From: Naegleria gruberi
Taxonomy: Eukaryota
NCBI GenBank assembly: GCA_000004985.1
Contig: GG739141.1
Length of the DNA: 7,385 nt
Direction: 5' to 3' (one strand)
This document shows positions 1-7,385 of the stretch, piece after piece. The translations under genes and the position numbers were made by a program. A model generated the notes under the pieces. The model searched no databases. It was not told the DNA's origin and saw only the letters and a program-made list of their open reading frames with translations. How positions within the stretch are numbered: the stretch's first letter is position 1; every line of letters starts with the position of its first letter.

Positions 1-1124
1 TGATGTATAGAATTTTTGATCATTTGAATATGATTTAAAAATCCATCCATTCCCCATTTGTTCAATAAATTACAAACAATAGTTTGTGATAAACCACAAC
101 TATGTAAATTACTAGATTGAATATGTAAAACAATTTGATTAATAAGTTTAACTGGACCAGTAACAAAACCCAATCGAATACCACTACTTAAAATCTTTGA
201 AAATGAATCAAATCTCAAAACTCTATCATCTGTATCCATACTTAAATAAGAAGGAACTCTTTCAATTGATGACGACATTTCCTTATCATTAATATCATAT
301 AAAGACAAATAATAGTATGGATCATCTTCTAAAATTAAGAAATTATACTTTTGTGAAATTGCATAAATTTGTTTCTTTCTTTCCAAAGTTTGTGAACAAC
401 CAGATGGATTTTGACCATTTGGAATTGTGTAGAGGAATTTAATCATACTATTTGGATGTTGTTTTTTAAATTCAATAATTGCTTCTTCCATTTGTTCAGG
501 AATAATACCATGAGCATCTACATCAACTTGAATCATTAATGGATTTAATGTAAATAATGTACTCAATGATCCAGAATAAGTTGGTCTTTCAATGATAATT
601 GCATCACGAATTTTATCCATTTCTTCTTTTTGTTCATTATTATTATTATTAATATTAATATTATTATTATTATTATTAAAAAGATCCAAGCCTTGTAATT
701 GTACATTGTATGGATTTAAAAACATTTCAAAGGCTTTTGTTAAACCATCTTGAGAACCACTTGTACAAATAACATCCCACAATTGTTTGTTTTCATCGGA
801 TGGTAATTGATGAGTTACTTGTTGATGTTTTCTCATATATTGTGTGAGTGAAGGTAAACCTTGACTTGGATGATATTGTAATCCATCACTTAATTCTTTA
901 CCTCCAATTTCTAGGCTTGTTTGATTATTTAAATCAACTTTAATAGATTGAAATGGAAATGTTTGAGAGTTTGGTAAACCACCTGCAAGTGAAATCATAC
1001 CAGGTAAATTCATAATTGGCATGAGTGCACGAATTGGACTTGGTTTTCTCAATTTTGAAATTACTGAAAAGAATGGTGTAAAATCTGTGATACGATTCAC
1101 TGCTGTTGTTGTTGTTGAGGCCAT
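1..1124 (-). CDS. aadat: Kynurenine/alpha-aminoadipate aminotransferase (class I PLP-dependent aminotransferase, AADAT/KAT II/Aro8 family). 5' partial: the ATG is at 1124 and the ORF leaves the window at position 1.
   Basis: I reverse-complemented and translated 1124->3 by hand: 374 sense codons with no stop. The N-terminus reads [58 protein letters not shown]. Later blocks read [82 protein letters not shown] and [38 protein letters not shown]. These match human AADAT blocks [101 protein letters not shown] and [38 protein letters not shown]. The PLP-binding Lys of the SFSK motif is codon 310, at 197..195 on the minus strand. An in-frame TGA at 1178..1176 upstream of the ATG supports 1124 as the start codon. 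The symbol is given by orthology only. Confidence 0.9.
   Translation of the reverse strand, partial: [374 protein letters not shown]
637..678 (-). repeat. (TTA)n/(TAA)n-type trinucleotide microsatellite inside the aminotransferase CDS. It encodes the poly-Asn tract [14 protein letters not shown].
   Basis: The plus strand reads ttattattattattaatattaatattattattattattatt. On the minus strand this is AAT/ATT codons. It lies in frame, with no stop, inside a roughly 32-aa insertion relative to the human AADAT alignment, between the EMxxNP block and the ERPTYSG block. Confidence 0.8.
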
Positions 1125-1180
1125 TTTTTTAATTTGTTTTTTTCAAAGGCTCTTAAAAATCAAAAAAGGTTAGATTCACT
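1125..1180 (-). promoter_or_regulatory. 5' UTR / proximal promoter of the aminotransferase gene. It is cut off by the N-run at 1181.
   Basis: The minus-strand sequence just upstream of the ATG is agtgaatctaaccttttttgatttttaagagcctttgaaaaaaacaaattaaaaaaATGgcc. It is AT-rich with oligo(A)/oligo(T) runs and an A-rich -1..-6 context typical of dictyostelid starts. In-frame stops (TGA at 1178..1176, TAA at 1172..1170) show this is non-coding leader. No specific element can be identified from 56 bp. Confidence 0.35.
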
Positions 1181-4100
1181 NNNNNNNNNNNNNNNNNNNN
1201 NNNNNNNNNNNNNNNNNNNNNNNNNNNNNNNNNNNNNNNNNNNNNNNNNNNNNNNNNNNNNNNNNNNNNNNNNNNNNNNNNNNNNNNNNNNNNNNNNNNN
1301 NNNNNNNNNNNNNNNNNNNNNNNNNNNNNNNNNNNNNNNNNNNNNNNNNNNNNNNNNNNNNNNNNNNNNNNNNNNNNNNNNNNNNNNNNNNNNNNNNNNN
1401 NNNNNNNNNNNNNNNNNNNNNNNNNNNNNNNNNNNNNNNNNNNNNNNNNNNNNNNNNNNNNNNNNNNNNNNNNNNNNNNNNNNNNNNNNNNNNNNNNNNN
1501 NNNNNNNNNNNNNNNNNNNNNNNNNNNNNNNNNNNNNNNNNNNNNNNNNNNNNNNNNNNNNNNNNNNNNNNNNNNNNNNNNNNNNNNNNNNNNNNNNNNN
1601 NNNNNNNNNNNNNNNNNNNNNNNNNNNNNNNNNNNNNNNNNNNNNNNNNNNNNNNNNNNNNNNNNNNNNNNNNNNNNNNNNNNNNNNNNNNNNNNNNNNN
1701 NNNNNNNNNNNNNNNNNNNNNNNNNNNNNNNNNNNNNNNNNNNNNNNNNNNNNNNNNNNNNNNNNNNNNNNNNNNNNNNNNNNNNNNNNNNNNNNNNNNN
1801 NNNNNNNNNNNNNNNNNNNNNNNNNNNNNNNNNNNNNNNNNNNNNNNNNNNNNNNNNNNNNNNNNNNNNNNNNNNNNNNNNNNNNNNNNNNNNNNNNNNN
1901 NNNNNNNNNNNNNNNNNNNNNNNNNNNNNNNNNNNNNNNNNNNNNNNNNNNNNNNNNNNNNNNNNNNNNNNNNNNNNNNNNNNNNNNNNNNNNNNNNNNN
2001 NNNNNNNNNNNNNNNNNNNNNNNNNNNNNNNNNNNNNNNNNNNNNNNNNNNNNNNNNNNNNNNNNNNNNNNNNNNNNNNNNNNNNNNNNNNNNNNNNNNN
2101 NNNNNNNNNNNNNNNNNNNNNNNNNNNNNNNNNNNNNNNNNNNNNNNNNNNNNNNNNNNNNNNNNNNNNNNNNNNNNNNNNNNNNNNNNNNNNNNNNNNN
2201 NNNNNNNNNNNNNNNNNNNNNNNNNNNNNNNNNNNNNNNNNNNNNNNNNNNNNNNNNNNNNNNNNNNNNNNNNNNNNNNNNNNNNNNNNNNNNNNNNNNN
2301 NNNNNNNNNNNNNNNNNNNNNNNNNNNNNNNNNNNNNNNNNNNNNNNNNNNNNNNNNNNNNNNNNNNNNNNNNNNNNNNNNNNNNNNNNNNNNNNNNNNN
2401 NNNNNNNNNNNNNNNNNNNNNNNNNNNNNNNNNNNNNNNNNNNNNNNNNNNNNNNNNNNNNNNNNNNNNNNNNNNNNNNNNNNNNNNNNNNNNNNNNNNN
2501 NNNNNNNNNNNNNNNNNNNNNNNNNNNNNNNNNNNNNNNNNNNNNNNNNNNNNNNNNNNNNNNNNNNNNNNNNNNNNNNNNNNNNNNNNNNNNNNNNNNN
2601 NNNNNNNNNNNNNNNNNNNNNNNNNNNNNNNNNNNNNNNNNNNNNNNNNNNNNNNNNNNNNNNNNNNNNNNNNNNNNNNNNNNNNNNNNNNNNNNNNNNN
2701 NNNNNNNNNNNNNNNNNNNNNNNNNNNNNNNNNNNNNNNNNNNNNNNNNNNNNNNNNNNNNNNNNNNNNNNNNNNNNNNNNNNNNNNNNNNNNNNNNNNN
2801 NNNNNNNNNNNNNNNNNNNNNNNNNNNNNNNNNNNNNNNNNNNNNNNNNNNNNNNNNNNNNNNNNNNNNNNNNNNNNNNNNNNNNNNNNNNNNNNNNNNN
2901 NNNNNNNNNNNNNNNNNNNNNNNNNNNNNNNNNNNNNNNNNNNNNNNNNNNNNNNNNNNNNNNNNNNNNNNNNNNNNNNNNNNNNNNNNNNNNNNNNNNN
3001 NNNNNNNNNNNNNNNNNNNNNNNNNNNNNNNNNNNNNNNNNNNNNNNNNNNNNNNNNNNNNNNNNNNNNNNNNNNNNNNNNNNNNNNNNNNNNNNNNNNN
3101 NNNNNNNNNNNNNNNNNNNNNNNNNNNNNNNNNNNNNNNNNNNNNNNNNNNNNNNNNNNNNNNNNNNNNNNNNNNNNNNNNNNNNNNNNNNNNNNNNNNN
3201 NNNNNNNNNNNNNNNNNNNNNNNNNNNNNNNNNNNNNNNNNNNNNNNNNNNNNNNNNNNNNNNNNNNNNNNNNNNNNNNNNNNNNNNNNNNNNNNNNNNN
3301 NNNNNNNNNNNNNNNNNNNNNNNNNNNNNNNNNNNNNNNNNNNNNNNNNNNNNNNNNNNNNNNNNNNNNNNNNNNNNNNNNNNNNNNNNNNNNNNNNNNN
3401 NNNNNNNNNNNNNNNNNNNNNNNNNNNNNNNNNNNNNNNNNNNNNNNNNNNNNNNNNNNNNNNNNNNNNNNNNNNNNNNNNNNNNNNNNNNNNNNNNNNN
3501 NNNNNNNNNNNNNNNNNNNNNNNNNNNNNNNNNNNNNNNNNNNNNNNNNNNNNNNNNNNNNNNNNNNNNNNNNNNNNNNNNNNNNNNNNNNNNNNNNNNN
3601 NNNNNNNNNNNNNNNNNNNNNNNNNNNNNNNNNNNNNNNNNNNNNNNNNNNNNNNNNNNNNNNNNNNNNNNNNNNNNNNNNNNNNNNNNNNNNNNNNNNN
3701 NNNNNNNNNNNNNNNNNNNNNNNNNNNNNNNNNNNNNNNNNNNNNNNNNNNNNNNNNNNNNNNNNNNNNNNNNNNNNNNNNNNNNNNNNNNNNNNNNNNN
3801 NNNNNNNNNNNNNNNNNNNNNNNNNNNNNNNNNNNNNNNNNNNNNNNNNNNNNNNNNNNNNNNNNNNNNNNNNNNNNNNNNNNNNNNNNNNNNNNNNNNN
3901 NNNNNNNNNNNNNNNNNNNNNNNNNNNNNNNNNNNNNNNNNNNNNNNNNNNNNNNNNNNNNNNNNNNNNNNNNNNNNNNNNNNNNNNNNNNNNNNNNNNN
4001 NNNNNNNNNNNNNNNNNNNNNNNNNNNNNNNNNNNNNNNNNNNNNNNNNNNNNNNNNNNNNNNNNNNNNNNNNNNNNNNNNNNNNNNNNNNNNNNNNNNN

Positions 4101-6434
4101 NNNNNNNNNNNNNNNNNNNNNNNNNNNNNNNNNNNNNNNNNNNNNNNNNNNNNNNNNNNNNNNNNNNNNNNNNNNNNNNNNNNNNNNNNNNNNNNNNNNN
4201 NNNNNNNNNNNNNNNNNNNNNNNNNNNNNNNNNNNNNNNNNNNNNNNNNNNNNNNNNNNNNNNNNNNNNNNNNNNNNNNNNNNNNNNNNNNNNNNNNNNN
4301 NNNNNNNNNNNNNNNNNNNNNNNNNNNNNNNNNNNNNNNNNNNNNNNNNNNNNNNNNNNNNNNNNNNNNNNNNNNNNNNNNNNNNNNNNNNNNNNNNNNN
4401 NNNNNNNNNNNNNNNNNNNNNNNNNNNNNNNNNNNNNNNNNNNNNNNNNNNNNNNNNNNNNNNNNNNNNNNNNNNNNNNNNNNNNNNNNNNNNNNNNNNN
4501 NNNNNNNNNNNNNNNNNNNNNNNNNNNNNNNNNNNNNNNNNNNNNNNNNNNNNNNNNNNNNNNNNNNNNNNNNNNNNNNNNNNNNNNNNNNNNNNNNNNN
4601 NNNNNNNNNNNNNNNNNNNNNNNNNNNNNNNNNNNNNNNNNNNNNNNNNNNNNNNNNNNNNNNNNNNNNNNNNNNNNNNNNNNNNNNNNNNNNNNNNNNN
4701 NNNNNNNNNNNNNNNNNNNNNNNNNNNNNNNNNNNNNNNNNNNNNNNNNNNNNNNNNNNNNNNNNNNNNNNNNNNNNNNNNNNNNNNNNNNNNNNNNNNN
4801 NNNNNNNNNNNNNNNNNNNNNNNNNNNNNNNNNNNNNNNNNNNNNNNNNNNNNNNNNNNNNNNNNNNNNNNNNNNNNNNNNNNNNNNNNNNNNNNNNNNN
4901 NNNNNNNNNNNNNNNNNNNNNNNNNNNNNNNNNNNNNNNNNNNNNNNNNNNNNNNNNNNNNNNNNNNNNNNNNNNNNNNNNNNNNNNNNNNNNNNNNNNN
5001 NNNNNNNNNNNNNNNNNNNNNNNNNNNNNNNNNNNNNNNNNNNNNNNNNNNNNNNNNNNNNNNNNNNNNNNNNNNNNNNNNNNNNNNNNNNNNNNNNNNN
5101 NNNNNNNNNNNNNNNNNNNNNNNNNNNNNNNNNNNNNNNNNNNNNNNNNNNNNNNNNNNNNNNNNNNNNNNNNNNNNNNNNNNNNNNNNNNNNNNNNNNN
5201 NNNNNNNNNNNNNNNNNNNNNNNNNNNNNNNNNNNNNNNNNNNNNNNNNNNNNNNNNNNNNNNNNNNNNNNNNNNNNNNNNNNNNNNNNNNNNNNNNNNN
5301 NNNNNNNNNNNNNNNNNNNNNNNNNNNNNNNNNNNNNNNNNNNNNNNNNNNNNNNNNNNNNNNNNNNNNNNNNNNNNNNNNNNNNNNNNNNNNNNNNNNN
5401 NNNNNNNNNNNNNNNNNNNNNNNNNNNNNNNNNNNNNNNNNNNNNNNNNNNNNNNNNNNNNNNNNNNNNNNNNNNNNNNNNNNNNNNNNNNNNNNNNNNN
5501 NNNNNNNNNNNNNNNNNNNNNNNNNNNNNNNNNNNNNNNNNNNNNNNNNNNNNNNNNNNNNNNNNNNNNNNNNNNNNNNNNNNNNNNNNNNNNNNNNNNN
5601 NNNNNNNNNNNNNNNNNNNNNNNNNNNNNNNNNNNNNNNNNNNNNNNNNNNNNNNNNNNNNNNNNNNNNNNNNNNNNNNNNNNNNNNNNNNNNNNNNNNN
5701 NNNNNNNNNNNNNNNNNNNNNNNNNNNNNNNNNNNNNNNNNNNNNNNNNNNNNNNNNNNNNNNNNNNNNNNNNNNNNNNNNNNNNNNNNNNNNNNNNNNN
5801 NNNNNNNNNNNNNNNNNNNNNNNNNNNNNNNNNNNNNNNNNNNNNNNNNNNNNNNNNNNNNNNNNNNNNNNNNNNNNNNNNNNNNNNNNNNNNNNNNNNN
5901 NNNNNNNNNNNNNNNNNNNNNNNNNNNNNNNNNNNNNNNNNNNNNNNNNNNNNNNNNNNNNNNNNNNNNNNNNNNNNNNNNNNNNNNNNNNNNNNNNNNN
6001 NNNNNNNNNNNNNNNNNNNNNNNNNNNNNNNNNNNNNNNNNNNNNNNNNNNNNNNNNNNNNNNNNNNNNNNNNNNNNNNNNNNNNNNNNNNNNNNNNNNN
6101 NNNNNNNNNNNNNNNNNNNNNNNNNNNNNNNNNNNNNNNNNNNNNNNNNNNNNNNNNNNNNNNNNNNNNNNNNNNNNNNNNNNNNNNNNNNNNNNNNNNN
6201 NNNNNNNNNNNNNNNNNNNNNNNNNNNNNNNNNNNNNNNNNNNNNNNNNNNNNNNNNNNNNNNNNNNNNNNNNNNNNNNNNNNNNNNNNNNNNNNNNNNN
6301 NNNNNNNNNNNNNNNNNNNNNNNNNNNNNNNNNNNNNNNNNNNNNNNNNNNNNNNNNNNNNNNNNNNNNNNNNNNNNNNNNNNNNNNNNNNNNNNNNNNN
6401 NNNNNNNNNNNNNNNNNNNNNNNNNNNNNNNNNN
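1181..6434. other. Run of 5,254 N (assembly gap or hard-masked sequence). No base information.
   Basis: Ns start straight after tagattcact (1171..1180) and end straight before tctgaagatt (6435...). The track ORFs 1160..6514(-) and 1176..6452(-) consist almost entirely of X and are artefacts of this run. Confidence 0.99.
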
Positions 6435-7385
6435 TCTGAAGATTGGAAGCAAGGATGGGTGAAACTCATTCCTAAAAGAGATATCACTTCTCTCAGTGAC
6501 ATTCGTCCAATCACTATTTTACCTACATTTTATAGAATTTTATTTAATATTATAGCCTTTCGACTTAGATCTTGGGCATCATCTCATATAAATATGAGAC
6601 AACAAGCATTTATTACAGACAGAAACACTTTAAATCATGGTGTCCTTCTATCATCATTAGCTATGAAAACTAAGAAAAGAACCTTCATTCTTGTTAACCT
6701 AGATATTGAAGGAGCTTATGATGCTGTAGAATTGTCAGTGATTAAAATGGCACTAGACCATTGTAAATTTCCTAACGAACTCACTCAATTTATTATTAAT
6801 GCCTATAGCAACCATGAATTGAGCCTAGAAATTGATAATCATCTATCCACAAAATTTACAAAAACTCGAGGAATCCCACAAGGATGCCCATTGGCTCCTC
6901 TTATATACGATTGTATCACACAATTAATTATTGATAAAGCAATAGATAAATGGAAAATACCAATCAAACCAAACAAACTATGTGCTAATGATATTGCACT
7001 CTGTTGCTTTGCAGATGACATGAATGTTGTCTGTGACAGATATGCCAAATACAATGACAGGCTAGATAACATACATGACTGGCTAGGTCAACTACTTTTT
7101 AAACTAAATGCAAAGAAATCAGTTGCAACTCTACTACCTAAAACAAGCAAAGTATCTCCCAAAATTAAGGGTACACCTATTCCTAAACAAAAAAACCTTA
7201 GGATACTTGGACATTATCCATGGGATGATATTCTGGTTCGACAAGATATCCAAAACAAAATTGAAAAATTTACCAAATCTTTGAAATTTCTCCCATTATT
7301 CAAAATTGAACCAGATAACCTTAAACAAATTATTCACGCTAAAGCTATTAGCTTATTTACACACCTTTCTAAAATTAACTTAATC
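6435..7385 (+). CDS. Reverse-transcriptase domain of a non-LTR (LINE-like) retrotransposon ORF2. It is an internal fragment: the 5' end is in the N-run and the 3' end is beyond the window.
   Basis: Hand translation from 6435 gives 317 sense codons with no stop. It begins SEDWKQGWVKLIPKRDITSLSDIRPITILPTFYRILFNIIAFRL, runs through QQAFITDRNTLNH, FILVNLDIEGAYDAVE (6699..6728), TRGIPQGCPLAPLIYD (6870..6908), ALCCFADDMNVV (FADD at 7008..7019) and LLFKLNAKKSVATLL, and ends RILGHYPWDD. This is the canonical order of non-LTR RT motifs 0 to 7: IPK...RPI(s/t)L, Q.aF..gR, lD.ekAyD.v, G.pQG.PlsPll(f/y), (F/Y)ADD, lN..KS and LG. RT domain plus eukaryotic AT-rich context points to a LINE, not a retron or group II intron. 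Confidence 0.9.
6435..7385 (+). mobile_element. Non-LTR retrotransposon copy (LINE-like; possibly a dictyostelid TRE-type tRNA-gene-targeted element). Only the RT segment is visible. Orientation 5'->3' left to right, so ORF1, any endonuclease domain and the 5' end are inside the N-run.
   Basis: Same evidence as the RT CDS. Family assignment is not possible without a database search. The TRE suggestion is inference from the likely host and from the element sitting next to an unresolved repeat-type gap. Confidence 0.7.

Noticed and set aside
600-700. Possible short AT-rich intron in the aminotransferase at the poly-Asn region
   Set aside because: There is no GTAAGT-like donor. The segment is in frame with no stops and contains non-AT coding-like stretches. 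Dictyostelid proteins often carry such Asn-rich insertions. Kept only as an alternative to test with RNA-seq.
1105-1118. (GTT)4 trinucleotide repeat near the aminotransferase start
   Set aside because: It simply encodes the Thr-rich N-terminus (STTTTA) on the minus strand. It is too short to matter as a repeat feature.
1160-6514. 1,784-aa minus-strand ORF in the supplied track (also the 1,758-aa ORF at 1176..6452)
   Set aside because: Apart from a few residues at each end, the translation is entirely X from the 5,254-N run. An N-run contains no stop codons, so these are artefacts and not genes.
6839-7072. 77-aa minus-strand ORF (MLSSLSLYLAYLSQ...)
   Set aside because: It lies wholly antisense to the strongly supported RT reading frame, right across the GIPQGCPLAPL and FADD motifs. 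It has no recognisable domain and a hydrophobic low-complexity composition, as expected from antisense translation of AT-rich coding DNA. Chance ORF.
6435-7385. RT could belong to a prokaryotic retroelement (retron, DGR, group II intron) or an LTR element
   Set aside because: The motif set and spacing (IPK/RPI motif 0-1, Q.aF..R, FADD, N..KS, LG) and the AT-rich eukaryotic context with Dictyostelium-like codon usage fit a non-LTR LINE RT. No RNase H or integrase signature is visible in the readable part, and there is no prokaryotic gene context.

Overview
Only about 2.1 kb of this 7,385-bp window is readable; positions 1181..6434 are a single run of 5,254 Ns (an assembly gap or hard-masked block). 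The visible DNA is very AT-rich eukaryotic sequence. Its codon usage (CAA Gln, GGT Gly, CCA Pro, AGA Arg), poly-Asn coding microsatellites and AAAAAAATG start context fit a dictyostelid social amoeba such as Dictyostelium discoideum; this is inference. Two things are supported. Left flank (1..1124, minus strand): the 5' 374 codons of a class-I PLP-dependent aminotransferase that aligns block for block with human kynurenine/alpha-aminoadipate aminotransferase (AADAT/KAT II; yeast Aro8 family). It runs off the left edge of the window. Right flank (6435..7385, plus strand): an uninterrupted 317-codon piece of the reverse-transcriptase domain of a non-LTR (LINE-like) retrotransposon ORF2. Its 5' part is inside the N-run and its 3' part is past the window end. 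The two long minus-strand 'ORFs' in the supplied track (1160..6514 and 1176..6452) are artefacts of translating Ns. The 77-aa minus ORF at 6839..7072 is antisense to the RT and is spurious. I see no evidence in the readable bases for a novel multi-gene system. Whatever lies between the aminotransferase promoter and the retroelement is hidden in the gap.
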